A stretch of 64,000 bases of DNA from NCBI GenBank assembly GCA_951406725.2, contig OX597833.1, positions 44,020,001-44,084,000 of the forward strand, given 5' to 3'. The DNA comes from Octopus vulgaris. Lineage: Eukaryota. The position numbers and the translations under genes were made by a program. Positions 12,286-25,057 of the stretch are shown here, in pieces; positions within the stretch are counted from its first letter, which is position 1; every line of letters begins with the position of its first letter. The notes below the pieces were generated by a model that saw only the letters and a list, made by a program, of their open reading frames with translations, ran no database searches and was not told the DNA's origin.

Positions 12286-13557
12286 CGAGGGACGTTCAAT
12301 AAGTAATGCCTCTGACCCACTTGTAGTTAGTTGCATGTGCAATTATTTATATCTCTATAGATTAAGTGGCAAATTACAGCTCTGAAGTAATTGTGGTTTC
12401 TGATTTACAGGTGTTTGAACTGAGTCAAGTGTGAAATGGAGCCTGTTCAGTGTCGAGCAGTGATTCGGTTTTTGTATTTGAAATGACGCGCACCACGGAG
12501 AGTTTTGATGAAATGAAAGTAACTTATGGTGATGATGCCCCATCATATGACCTTGTAAAACGCATGCATCGTGAATTCAAGCATGGTCGGAACTCTGTGG
12601 AAACAGCTCCCAGATCTGGTCGCCCCCCTTCTGCCATTGATGAGGCATCTGTCCGTCAAGTTGAGGCTGCTATTCTGGAAGATCGACGCATAACTATTCG
12701 CCAAATAGCCCATGAGGTCAAGATTAGTACCGGGTCCGTGGAAACTATCATTCATGACCATTTGCACATCCAAAAGTTGTCTGCCAGATGGATTCCCAGG
12801 TTGCTCACACCTTTCCAGAAGCAAGAAGGCGTCGAGTGCTCGAGGATGAATTTGGAGATGTGCCAAGAAGATGAGTCAACATTTTTCAAAAGACTGATTA
12901 CACAGGATGAAACCTGGGTCAATCATGATGATCCAGAGACCAAAGCCCAGTCAGTGCAGTGGAAGCAACGTGACTCACCTCCTCCAAAGAAGGCAAGGGT
13001 GCAGCCCTCCGCTGGCAAGGTCGTGCACAGAGTCTTCTAGGATCAGGGCGGAGTAGTGATGACAGAGTTCCTGGCAAAGGGCACCACAATTACAGGCGCC
13101 TATTATGCTTCACTTTTGAGGAATTTAAGAGAAGCTACCAAAATCAAGAGGCGGGGCAAGATCAGGAAAGGCATCCTCCTCCTGCAGGACAACGCTCCGG
13201 TCCACAACTCGTGTGTCACCAGATCAGAAGCACAGGCGTGCGGCTATGAACTCCTCCCCATCCCCCCTACTCTCCTGACCTTGTACCCTCTGATTTTCAC
13301 CTCTTCCTAGCCATGAAGTTGTTTTTGAAAGGAAAGCGTTTCCCAGATGATGCAGCCTTGATTTCTGAAGTTACGTCGTGATTGGTGGACCAAGCTGGGG
13401 TCTTCTACAAAAACGCTCTCTAGAGCTGCATCAAACGATGGGAAAATGCGTAACTCTGGGTGGTTCCTATGTAGAAAAAGACTAATAACTGTGCCAAGTT
13501 TCGTTGCTCTACAGCTATGGGAAGTGGGTTAGGGGCATTACTTATTGAACGCCCCTC
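12286..13557 (+). mobile_element. Mariner (D,D34D) transposon with pseudogenised transposase 12436-13485; copy-A specific, inserted into a SINE microsatellite
   Basis: TA|cgagggacgttcaataagtaatgcc left TIR and ggcattacttattgaacgcccctc right TIR. WIPRLL, TQDETW, LQDNAPVH and YSPDLVPSDF motifs. Empty site at ~39700. Confidence 0.93.
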
Positions 13558-13769
13558 TGTGTTTGTCTCCCCATCACCACTTGACAACTGGTGTTGGTGT
13601 GTTTACGTCTCCGTAACTTAGGGGGAGTGACAAAAGAGACAGATAGAATAAGTACCAGGCTTAAATTATAAGTAGTGTGGCATCTATTCAATCGATTAAA
13701 ATCTCAAGACGGTGCCCGAGCATGACTCTAGTCTAATGACTGAAGTAAGTACAAGACAAGAGATGAAAG

Positions 13770-13814
<45 letters not shown>

Positions 13815-13817
13815 AAG

Positions 13818-13914
<97 letters not shown>

Positions 13915-14664
13915 TTGCTAGCAACAATATTTACACCTATCATAACAATAAAAACTCTGTCTAAGTTTCGGATGTTAACCCCAACAGATTAAAGTTACTA
14001 TCGAAAAATTCCAAAATTAGAAACACCATTTACCAGTGCAAAATTTCTTCGGGAACCGATGTCTTCTTCTACATTGGAGCAACTTCTTCTAAATTAGCCC
14101 AAAGGTTATCCAACCATTATTCAACTTTCAGAGATAAGAGAAAACAACACAGCACGGGACTAAGTAAACTAGTTTGGCGTCTGAAGGACAGCAATACAAC
14201 TTTCAAACTGGAATGGTCCATATTGTCGGTGTCCTTCCCGTTTGACAAGGGCAGAAAACATTGTGGCGTCTGTAATTCCGAACTTTTTCATATTTTGTTC
14301 GCCAAAGTTCCTTTAATAAATACAATCGTAGAGAGGTCCTACAGATGTATGCACTGGCAAAAACACACCTTTCAATCATATGAAAAATGATTAATATAGA
14401 CAGCCCCTTGAATTTTAACTAATAAAACTCTTTTTTTATATATTTCACCCCCATAGTCAAAAAATTCTTTTTATACTTTCAAAGAACTACTACCCACGCC
14501 AGTGAGGTATGTGTTACCTTTGTCCCTATACCTCGCTCAACTCTTTCACTCTCTTTCTCTCTCTCTTTCCCTCTATCTATAGTAAGCACAATCATACACA
14601 GAGACACAAATCGTTCACCTCACCACTGTCTCTTTTCTGACACCCACCCATCCACAAACACAAT

Positions 14665-14711
<47 letters not shown>

Positions 14712-15256
14712 TAATGCCGTTATATATAGTCACACACACAGACACTCATTCACAAAAGAAAATTCACCATTCATTTGAACTGCACCCTTTCACCTTCCTA
14801 TTCTTATGCCTCTCTTCTCCTACTTCGTTTGAACCCTTAAACCTTTAGAACATTCTAGAATCTTCTACATCCAACCATTTTGACGTCACTCCTTATAAAG
14901 GAATTTTTTTAAAGACACTCATTATCACTATGGGCTCCGTGTGAGCTGTCATCTAAAAGTTTTTTGTGTATCTTGATGTTGACATAAGTTCCTTGCTTTT
15001 CCTGATGAGAAAGCGGCATAATATACTCCTTATTCCTTCGCAATTAGGAATATGCAGCCTTCGAAACATATGTCGAAAATAAAGGAATTTGTTAATTCGT
15101 CGTTCAACTCCATTCTTTCATATATTTATATTTTAAAAAAAACATTCAAATTTCCACACGAATGCGCGTAACTTCAAACGTGTCTTCTCTGATGTGAATT
15201 TGCTACCCAGGTATCGGCTAACCGAATTATCCTTAACAAGATAATTCATGCAACTA

Positions 15257-15260
<4 letters not shown>
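13915..15260 (+). mobile_element. Penelope-like element 3' part: GIY-YIG endonuclease (to stop at 14390) plus pLTR with hammerhead; copy-A specific
   Basis: TIYQC…FYIGATS…QRLSNHYSTF…STGLSKLVW…EWSIL…CGVCNSE…CMH. Confidence 0.88.
14989..15087 (+). ncRNA. Type I hammerhead ribozyme (Penelope pLTR)
   Basis: Stem I ttccttgctttt/aaaataaaggaa; CUGAUGA at 15002-15008; stem II gaaagcggcata/tatgcagccttc; GAAAC at 15063-15067; palindromic stem III CATATG; GUC cleavage triplet at 15072-15074. Confidence 0.85.
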
Positions 15261-15352
<92 letters not shown>

Positions 15353-15387
15353 GAGAGATGAATAGATAGATAGATAGATAGTTAGAT

Positions 15388-15660
15388 ATGTTTATTTATT
15401 AGCCACACAGGGCTGCACACAGACGGAACAGATTACAAAGTAGAGCTGTTCCTTATGGGGGGAAAAGAAAGAAGTGGAGTAGGTTTTCGATCAAAAGGGA
15501 TCGTAAAAGGGAAAGAAAGAAAAATAACGATCAATAGGGATCGTGTATCACAGTAATGTCATGATGTAAAGTGTATGGGGGAAAGTAAATAGGGTTTATC
15601 CGTGGAAAGAAAAGCATTCGGAAAATACCCCGGTAACCCTGGTCAATAATGTTAAATGTT
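15388..15660 (-). mobile_element. 3' UTR/tail fragment of a Tx1-like LINE (copy B at 46260-46535)
   Basis: Minus strand ends ctgtgtgcagccctgtgtggctaataaataaac, resembling the 5591-5630 tail. Confidence 0.5.
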
Positions 15661-16733
15661 AACATTTATAGATAGAGGAAAGGGTAGTACAAATGTCAAA
15701 ACCATACACTTCAGCCTACAAACTTTTGCTAAAATACATTCAAATATGCTTAAGTTAAATTCTTCATAATAAGGATGGATTTATGGTTTTGACATTTGGA
15801 CTACCCCTTCCTCTTTCTATAAATAGAAAATTCTTGTTTGTCTCCATTGAACCAAGATAAGAAACCCCCTCCCCACTGATAGATCTAAATAGCAAAGTGA
15901 ACTCAGTGATAAGAAATCTACCAATGGAGAAGGACATACTACCACCACGTTCTTGATGATGAAATTAACCTGTCTGTCAATATATCTACCCTCTTTGTAA
16001 TGTTGGCAAATGAAATAAGTATAAATATGTACATTGTCCATTTAATTTAAATAAAACTTCTATATGTGGCTGATGATTGCTCGACATTTAACAACTGACA
16101 TAATACTTACAATGTTTAATAAAATGAAGTAGCATGAAACGATTGTACTACACTACCTTGGATATCCTTGTTGCTTATTTTGATTATAATCATCTACATT
16201 GAGAGAAAGACGGGATGGACGCTTCATTTTTGTGCTTGTGCCGCATTATGTCGTACGCGACTGAGAGGATTTGCATCCCCAACGTAGAATTTTTGATGTA
16301 ATACATGTCCTTGAAGTAGTAATTGTGCGCGGCTGAAGAAGGCCATAGACACACATTATGCATTGTTATAAATCCGTCTAATAAAGGCCCGAAACATATG
16401 TACCGCTGAATCCTTGGCATCATGATTTTATTTTGATTAATATATATATATAGTAGAAATATGTTATAAAAAGAAAATATAAAATACACCTAGAAATGTA
16501 AGGGTAAAATATGAAAAATCAACGAAAATGCACATTGCAAATAAAAAAAGGCTATTTATGACAGGTAACGACAAATATATACATTTAGATTGACTGGGGT
16601 AGTAATACGAGTCATAAAAGTCATTATTATGAGATGATTATAAGATGATAACAAAGTAAGAGAACAAAACGATCCATGGTTTACCCAAAGCTATCCATCG
16701 TTTCAAAAACACCGGCTAATATCATATATATAT

Positions 16734-16770
<37 letters not shown>

Positions 16771-17282
16771 CAGAAGACGAAGACAGCAGGTGTATTATTT
16801 TAACGCTCGGGATGAAAGCAAAATTTTTTATGTCTCGAGCCTATGCTTTTCGACAAAAAGGATTAAGAGGAAAAAAAACGGAGAGAGAATGAAGAAAACT
16901 GTGAAAGAATAAAGAAAATTGGGTAAGAAAAGGAAGTGCAGAGAAAAATTGTCCAACATGGCGAGATGACCGGAAAATAGAGGTTGAATGAAAGTGAGAT
17001 AATAATCATAACGATAACGGTAATATCCAAGGATCTTAGGTGCACAAGCGCATGTGTGTTTGGGAGGACGGTGTCTGTGAATGTGTTTATGTGAATGGAT
17101 GCTAGTGTGTGAGTGGGTTAGCTGAAAATTATGTGGACTTCTGTGTGTCAGTGTGTACATTATGTGAAGTGACATGCATTCCATGTACTGGCTGGTGTGA
17201 GTGTGTGCGTACGGTTGTATCTAATTTTTGTGCTCCCAAGGGGCACGCTACTGATTATGTGAGAAATTTCAATAGTCTAAAG

Positions 17283-17501
17283 CAGTGCTTTTCAAACTTT
17301 TTGCTGGAGCGGAACCCCAAGGAAACATTCCACTGGCTCGAGGAACCCCTGTGCCATAATTTAATAGTCTGATGCACACATATCTGCACAGGAGAATTAA
17401 AAATTACTGCCGATTTTAGCAGTTTTGTAACTTTTTGTGGAACCCCTGGAGTGTGTTGGTGGAACCCGAAGTTTCCGCGGAACCCTGGTTGAAAACTACT
17501 G
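17283..17501. mobile_element. Non-autonomous hAT (Charlie/Buster-like) MITE (copy B at 48077-48295)
   Basis: TIRs CAGTGCTTTTCAA…TTGAAAACTACTG, 8-bp TSD GTCTAAAG on both sides, and repeated GGAACCC subterminal motifs. Confidence 0.9.
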
Positions 17502-18483
17502 GTCTAAAGCCATCCCTGGAACATAAGTAATGTACCTTCGCAGTTTGGAGGAAATCAGTTGAAAAATACTGTCGTTATAAACTTTTACAAACACAGACAG
17601 AACGGGATATGTATGTACGTATGTATGTATGTATGTATGTATGTATGTATGTATGTATGTATGTATGTATGTATGTATGTATGTATGTATGTATGTATGT
17701 TCGTACGTACGTATGTGTGTGTATGTGTGTGTGTGTGTGTGTTTGTGTGTAAAATTAACCTAGTGTATGTGTTGTGTGGAGAAATGTGCGTTTTGTGTAT
17801 CCCTCTGTATGTGTGTGTGTGTGTGTGTGCATATGGACGTGTGTGTGTGTGCATATGGACGTGTGTATATTTGTGAAGCTAACGTCTCTGTGTTCGCGTG
17901 TGTCTGTTGTGTTGCACGTGTAGCCGTTCATGTGAGCTAATTCAGGTAGTGTGTGCACGTGTGTATGTGTGTGTGTGTGTGTGTTTATCTGTAATCAAAT
18001 AGTGTGCACATCTATAGTGTATTTTTGTAGCGAATGTTATCCGTGTCAATGCGTGTTATGCGTGTTTATGCGTGTTGCGTGTGTATCTATATATTCTCTG
18101 TGTTCGGATATTATGTGTTTGTGTGGGTGTGAGAGTGTGCATCATGGTGTGTGGTGTGTGTACTGAATTAAACAGTGTGTTGTGTTGTTCGTATTATGGT
18201 ATTTGTGGCGAGCTGGCAGAAACTTTAACACGCCGGGCGAAATGCGTAGCAGTATTTCATCTGCCGTTACGTTCTGAGTTCAAATTCCGCCGAGGTCGAC
18301 TTTGCTTCTCATTCTTTCGGGGTCGATAAATTAAGTACCAGTTTCGCACTGGCGTCGATGTAATCGACTTAATACCTATGTCTGTGCTTGTTTGTCCTCT
18401 CTCTGTGTGTAGCCCCTTGAGGGCAGTAAAGAAATAGGTACTTGTGGTGACGCTGTTGAAAAGTGTATGTCGGTGTGTAGATA

Positions 18484-18559
<76 letters not shown>

Positions 18560-18639
18560 GTGTATACTGTGTCGTTCGAAGATGAAAGCATGTTATCTAA
18601 GAGAAGAAGATTCAGTGTTGTAACTTAATATTAACTTAC

Positions 18640-18802
18640 AAGCCGAGGTGTAAGAAGACATCAGTAACATCATAACTAACAACATTGTTGATCTTGTGCC
18701 ACAGGTATAAGGCAGGAGGAGAAATGATTGTCGGCTTCCAGAAAGCAGAAATTTTACGAAAAGGTATCTCTTACAAATAGCGTAGTCGAAATGGCCAAAC
18801 AT
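18640..18802 (-). CDS. IgSF receptor gene A: leader/signal-peptide exon (likely start ATG at 18685, [15 protein letters not shown]; upstream in-frame ATG at 18802)
   Basis: Hydrophobic stretch ending in T-S-A (signal peptidase -3/-1 pattern), followed by the perfect phase-1 donor GCT T|GTAAGT. It splices in frame to the V exon (…YTSA-FIEIADV…). A at -3 of the 18685 ATG. Conserved in copy B. Confidence 0.75.
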
Positions 18803-18861
18803 AACTGAAATAGAGAGAAAAACGCATGTCCAACTTGAAGTGTGAGTGAACTGAAAGTCCC
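18803..18861 (-). promoter_or_regulatory. Candidate core promoter of gene A: TCAGTT initiator-like motif (or splice acceptor) and kappaB-like GGGACTTTCA ~50 bp upstream
   Basis: Minus strand TTTCAGTT at 18803-18810. GGGACTTTCA at 18852-18861 is a 9/10 match to GGGACTTTCC and is also at 49682-49691. Motif match only. Confidence 0.25.
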
Positions 18862-18968
18862 ATCTTTCTGTTTCTTTCTTTTTCTCTCTCTATCTTTCTC
18901 TTTCTCCCTCTCTCTGTCTGTCTGTTTCTCTCCCTTTCTCTTTTCTGCTTCGAGAGGGCAGGTAAAAC

Positions 18969-18969
18969 G

Positions 18970-19009
<40 letters not shown>

Positions 19010-19010
19010 G

Positions 19011-19042
<32 letters not shown>

Positions 19043-19094
19043 ATAGATAGAGAGAGAGATAGATAGGTAGGTAGGTAGATAGATAGATAGATAA

Positions 19095-19139
<45 letters not shown>

Positions 19140-19420
19140 GAGATAGATAGAGAGATAGGTAGGTAGATAGATAGATAGATAGATAGATACATACATAGAT
19201 AGATAGATAGATAGATAAGATATAGAGAAATAGATAGATAGATAGATAGATAAATAGATAGATTGATGGATAGATAAATAGGTAGATAAATAGATAGATA
19301 GATAAATAGGTAGATACATAAGATATAGACAGATAGATAGTGAGATATAGATAGAGAAATATAGAGATATTGAGATAAATAGAGAGAGATGGATAAAGAT
19401 ATATATATAGAGATATAGAT
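18969..19420. repeat. (GATA)n/(GA)n tract absent from copy B; representative of many (TA)n, (TG)n, (TATG)n, (GATA)n and (ATT)n microsatellites
   Basis: Direct observation. Confidence 0.95.
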
Positions 19421-19909
19421 GTCACGGACGCTAGAAAACCGGAAGTAAATATTCTTAAAAACAGAAACTTAAATACACGCACACGTACACAAGCACGCAC
19501 GCACATGCGCACGCAAAAACACACACTCACACATATACACATACAAAGATGAAAAGAAAGATAGAGAATTTCGAAGTACTGAGAGATTGGGTGAAAGAAG
19601 TATTGTGATTAAGCAAAAGACGCCGACTTAGGACGCGGGAGAGGAAAGTGAGGGAAAGTTATAAGGATATGAAAGTAAGAAAGGGAGAGAAGAAGGAAGA
19701 TTGGCAAGAAGGAGTTACAGTAAAAGATTAAGAAGAACGTCATGGAAAAGTGAGAGGGAGAGAGTGAAAGGGACAAAGATAGAGAGAAAGAGCGTAAGAG
19801 GAGAGAAAGTGAGAGAGAGAGAGAAAAAAAGAGAAGAACAGTCAAAACATTTTCTTTTTTTTACTACATTTGTTTGGTATTTTTCTAATAGATTTTTCAA
19901 TATGACGCT

Positions 19910-21030
19910 ACACTGGACACTGGATGACATAGCTGACCTTGCTGACCTAGCTGCTTGAACAGCTTCCTAAGCACTCTTCCGACTCGGTTGATTCATGCCA
20001 AAGGGAATCGTCGGGAGTGGTAGGCTTACCAGGATTTCTACCTTATCGAAGCTCCTTCTTTATTGTAAGGTCATCCAGGCAGTTGAGAAAAAAAAGGATT
20101 TACTCCACTCCCCGAGCAGTCTGGATTGCTGCTACACATACCACTAGGTAACTTACGGGTGAAGCAGAAGGGATTGGAAGTGAAACGGTACGGGATCTTT
20201 TCGGTTTGAACGGCAGTTTTTTAAAAATAATTTCCACGCAACAAAACACTTTTAAACTTCTTATACTGGTAGAATGTATTTATAAAACATCTTTTTCTCT
20301 TGGTTTTATTGAGACAATTCTATAGTTTGTAGGTTTTTTGTTGTTTTTTCTACTTCAATATCTGCAATTTCAACCAATCAATGACATCTATTGAGGTAAA
20401 AACATTCTGTCCCGTATGAATCTGTCCCTCGTTTAAGAAACAGATTGGGTTTATTTACATTCCTGAAGAAAAAAAGGTACCCTTCCCCCCACCCAAAACC
20501 CTAACCCTAACTAACCCTAAACCTAAAACAGATCGATTCCAGGGTCATAATTATGGGTGACAATTTCATATGACACCGCTAGAAAAAACTGCCGTTCAAA
20601 CCGCAAAGATCCACTGTACGTTCATCTCTTCGAAATCTGACATTGTGCTTAGCAACAAGCTCACGTTTTCTTCATCAGAATATCTCATAACTCTGCTTAG
20701 TTGATTGGCGTTCCCCTCCACTGGATCCTTTGAAAGTTCCCAATTCCTCCTACCATAAATATATTTGGTAAGCGAGCAGGTTTATCTGTCGGATTTATTG
20801 TTACATACGTCAATGATGCTGAATCTGGCAACTGCTTTGCCAACAATGAGAGTTATCTCCAGCCTCAGCCGTCAACCAGCATCACCTTACCCACTGACCG
20901 TTCGGTCCTGCAAACATAATTTTGAAATTTCTGCCACTCACTCTTGTTGCTTCGTAGAGGTCATTTACCTGCTGATCAACACTGTATTTGGTTGGATATA
21001 CAAGCATATTAAAGTAGTCGGCAGGTTGGC
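19910..21030 (-). mobile_element. Degenerate LINE (probably RTE-like) relic split by the MITE (copy B at ~50155-51245)
   Basis: Coding-like GC-richer sequence with broken frames (YIYGRRNWELSKDPVEGNANQLSRVMRYSDEE). Family assignment uncertain. Confidence 0.4.
20193..20612. mobile_element. MITE with ~29-bp TIRs (GGATCTTTTCGGTTTGAACGGCAGTTTTT), 8-bp TSD and internal CCCTAA repeats (copy B at 50409-50869)
   Basis: TSD acggtacg/actgtacg in A and acggtatg/acggtacg in B. GG termini with an 8-bp TSD suggest MULE or Merlin type. It interrupts a LINE relic. Confidence 0.85.
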
Positions 21031-21032
21031 TA

Positions 21033-21113
<81 letters not shown>

Positions 21114-21115
<2 letters not shown>

Positions 21116-21735
21116 AATAGGTGAATGAATTATCCTGTTTATCGTCAGCATGGAAAATTCGTTGAACCGAAACCAGGGTAGCAAATTCACGTCAGAAACA
21201 CGGTTGAAGCGACCTATCCAAGGGTAGAAACTCCGGGTTCATGTGCAGAAATTTGAGTGTTGTATATGAATAAATGAAAGAATGGAGTCGAACGAAGATG
21301 TTAACAAAATTCCTTTACTCTCGACATATGTTTCGAAGACAACATGGTTTCATTCCAAAAAAATAAAGGGTGAATTATGCAATCTTCTCATCAGGAAAGA
21401 AAGGGAGCCTCTCTCGACAACAAGACAAACAAAAATTTCGATGATTGCCTACGTGGTAAAAAAAACGATAATGAGTGATTTTAAAAAAACCTTTAGAAGA
21501 ATTGACGTCAAAGATAGATAGTAGGAAGAGAAGGGTTAAAGGAATAGTAGGTAGGGAACAAGTGGAGTGGGAAGGGTACGTTGATTGAAAGAATGTTCGA
21601 AGGCTTGGGAAAGAATTTCGCTATATAAGTGGAGTGGACGTTAAGCTAATTGTTCAAACCACAGTGACTATCGTTATCATAATCGTCTTCTAAATGTTTC
21701 AGGTTCTTGTCCCAGTTTGTATTTTTTTTACATTT
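21114..21735 (-). mobile_element. Penelope pLTR fragment, copy-A specific, in a (TA)n tract
   Basis: Homologous in reverse to 14850-15260 and contains a hammerhead. Confidence 0.75.
21311..21406 (-). ncRNA. Type I hammerhead ribozyme
   Basis: Minus strand tccctttctttc-CTGATGA-gaaga…tcttc-GAAAC-atat-GTC-gagagtaaagga, with all three stems pairable. Confidence 0.82.
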
Positions 21736-21793
<58 letters not shown>

Positions 21794-21800
<7 letters not shown>

Positions 21801-21880
21801 GAATTAGAGATAAAACCACTATTAGGCAACTCAAACTGTTTGAGTTGCCTAATAGTGGTTTTATCACTAATTCATATTTT
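21794..21880. repeat. Short near-perfect palindromes beside (TA)n tracts (also 53706-53790, 22097-22161, 55179-55243, 2681-2726, 15675-15815)
   Basis: aatatgaattagagataaaaccactattaggcaactcaaac-t-gtttgagttgcctaatagtggttttatc.ctaattcatatt. Probably inverted Penelope ends. Confidence 0.8.
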
Positions 21881-21962
21881 ATATATTTATACTGTGAAAT
21901 TTGATTTAATCCTAAATCTAATTTTTCCCTGGAAGTTTGGAGCCATACTCCCTAATTTTATT

Positions 21963-22063
<101 letters not shown>

Positions 22064-22444
22064 TGTATATATATACAGGTACCAGAATTTAGTAAGGTAT
22101 TATCCATATAAATCAAATGGGGCGATTTTAATCACACCATTTGATTTATATGGATAATACCTTCCATCTTATGCGCATAATCAGGTCTCTAATTTTCTCT
22201 AAATGTTTCTTAGAGTATAGTTCCCTTAATGGAGTGTGTGCGTGTATAGACGTTATCGGGTATGTGCGCATATAGGCGTGTGTGTGCGCGTGCATAATTG
22301 TATGTGCGTATATAGACGTGGTTTACTCTTTCTATACTCCCATATGCCTTTTCTCTGTATTGTTACTCTTAACCCTGTTTTTTTTTCTCGGAGTTTTATC
22401 ATGGCTACAGAATAATTCGCACATATTACATTAAGAGATAAATT

Positions 22445-22508
<64 letters not shown>

Positions 22509-22701
22509 AAGTTAATCCAAACAAGAAAGCACAAAAAAAGCACAACAACGCGAGGACGTGGAACAAATATAGTATTATTGGACGCTCAGGAAAGAAGGAA
22601 AGAAGGAGGGTTTAACGTTTCGAGCGGAGCTCTTCATCGGAAACATAGGAGAAGGAAAGATCCAGAGATGGGAAGATAGAGCAAAAAAAATCGCCAACGG
22701 T

Positions 22702-22777
<76 letters not shown>

Positions 22778-23018
22778 GGAACCATTGGAGGAGGTGGCCC
22801 GATATCTGATGATGAAAGGTTAGTGTCTTACAAAGAAATAGAGTAGTAGAAATAGGGTATTGCTGTAGAGAAGCTCCATGGCTACCCAGTGAGAGAGAGA
22901 GTCCAAGAATGAGAGCAGAAATAGGTGTGCTGCTGTAGAGGAGATATATGGCTATCCAGCCAGAGGCAAGAACAAATGAAAGGGAGAGTAGGAAAGAGCA
23001 AAAGGGCAAGAGAGAGCG

Positions 23019-23053
<35 letters not shown>

Positions 23054-23689
23054 GTAGGAAACAGCAAAAGTGCAAGACAGAGAGAGAAAGAGAGATAGAG
23101 AGAGAGCAGGAGAGAGATGGTGAAGTACCAGTGTATATTTATCCGTAATTCTAAAGTTGCCAATTTTATTGCATTATTCTAGTCATAACTGGCATTACTA
23201 TTAGCATCACAAGTATTTTCACTATTTTTACTACTATCTTCATGATATTAATTTCATTTATTATAATAACTAGAACTAATATTATTGCTGTTCCTACCAT
23301 CATTAATACGGTAAATGCTGATGCGGAGAGTTGGCACAATCGTTACAACAACGGAACAAATGTTTATCGACATTTCTTGTCTTTTACCTTCTGAGTTCAA
23401 ATATCATCGAGCTCGAACTTGTCTTTCACCGTTTCGGGGTCGATAAAATAATAACCAGTTTAGAACTGGCTTAGATAGAATCGACTATCCCCTTCCACAA
23501 GATTTGGCCTTGAACCCATTGTAGAAAGGACTATTACTGTAATTATTAACATTATTACTATTACCACTACTGAGTAGTGGTAATACTTTCCATTCTCTCG
23601 CACATTATCTACCAATACATCGACTCCTGGTCTATGTGCAGCCTGTAGAGTCATTTACATTGCAATTATAAATATTAGAAAAGACCTGT

Positions 23690-24600
23690 TGAGTAAGATT
23701 TTATTATTCCATTGGAGGTATATTTTATAATAGGGTAGTTGCGTAAGACACATTAACGATATGTCTATTAAAATGTTTTATGATATCTAATAGATTTACT
23801 GAAGAGTTTATCTAATGCAGCGAAGAAAGCGGAAGCAATCAGAGGGAATACATCAAGGTTAAATACTGGATATATCATTTTTTTTCTTACGTAATCCTTT
23901 ACCGATTTTACTATTCTTGTTTTCCCTACTGTGTGCATTGTTTTGCTTATACTTTTCACCACTACCTAATGTTTGAATACAGCTGCTAGTTGTAGTTCCG
24001 TTACTTAAGTATTTTCGCTCCTTATAATTTCTTAACATCCCTCAATTTCCATCATTCCCCTCTCTTGCTATTACTTATAGTCAAGGTAGCGGGTTCGAAT
24101 AGTTAGGTTCTCATAGTAGGGCACATGTCATATATATACATACGTGTTTCACCAATCACGCTTATTGTTAATTATATCCTCATTTATTCCGTCTCCAGAC
24201 CTACACCTTTGTCTACCAATTGTAGTATTCAAGTGTTCCTGCAAGAAGGGCTGTTAACTGATTCACTACTTTGAATATAACTAATTTTTCTACATATCTC
24301 ACTCTAGCGAGTGCTACCTTATTATGACCCGCATTCGACGCAGACCAGCTCGATATTATATGCGAAACTATCAATAATAAAGATTGTAATTGAACAGGGA
24401 TGATTTGAGAATCTATCAACATTAAAATTAACGTTTGGATTATGCTAAGCTGCATATAATCCTACATTCAAGCCAGCTACATCTATAAAGTTAGCTGATC
24501 TGTAATTTGATCCCATTGGGATTGTTCGACCAAAATTTTCAAAAACTTTACACATTTTCCTATACCATCTTAGTTCCGCTACACTATACCTGTCAACGTA
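23690..24600 (-). mobile_element. Penelope RT C-terminal relic
   Basis: ANFIDVAGLNVGLYAA*HNPNVNFNVDRFSNHP aligns with ANYLDVNCNLTNGIHEPYIKPNSNLVYINRSSNHP at ~41844. Confidence 0.6.
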
Positions 24601-24679
24601 AAACATTGTCATTTCTCTTTATACTTCCCCTAACCTAGGGAAAATAGTGGCTAGTTGCAAAACGATAGAGATTGTATAC

Positions 24680-24893
24680 TTATATGCGAAAAATTGTTTT
24701 ATTATATCTTTCTAGATTCATGTGTATCAGAGAATATGTATCCATATACACACAAACACACATTAAGATATGTTTTCAATATCAGAAATCAACAAGCACT
24801 AACTGCAGAAGGCACACAATATATAGTATGGAGTCAAATATTTATTTCCGGAGAACATGTGAGTTAATTTTCGCTTGGAAGTTTCGAAATAAC
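24680..24893 (-). other. Candidate terminal exon of gene B (3' UTR or short cytoplasmic tail) with AATAAA
   Basis: Acceptor tgctttcttttttacag| at 24894-24895. Phase-1 frame GYFETSKRKLTHMFSGNKYLTPYYILCAFCS* (stop 24799-24801). AATAAA on the minus strand at 24698-24703. Confidence 0.4.
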
Positions 24894-25026
24894 CTGTAAA
24901 AAAGAAAGCATTGCCAATTTAGAAAGAAATTATACGTGTATGTAAGTATGTATGTATGTATGAATGTATGTATGTATGTATGTTTGTATGTATGTTTGTA
25001 TGTATGTATGTATGTATGTATGTATG

Positions 25027-25057
<31 letters not shown>

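Noticed and set aside
12450-13310. Domesticated SETMAR-like gene
   Set aside because: A TIR-flanked mariner with stops and frameshifts, no SET domain, and absent from copy B.
16105-16135. ATG CTA CTT CAT TTT ATT AAA CAT T|gtaagt as an alternative leader exon
   Set aside because: It has a phase-1 donor conserved in both copies, but encodes only 8 residues with no signal-peptide character; the 18640 exon is far better. A minor alternative exon cannot be fully excluded.
18754-19542. Long IYLS/YLSI ORFs, and similar YI, CV, MYVC and HT ORFs across the window
   Set aside because: Translations of (GATA)n, (TA)n, (TG)n and (TATG)n microsatellites.
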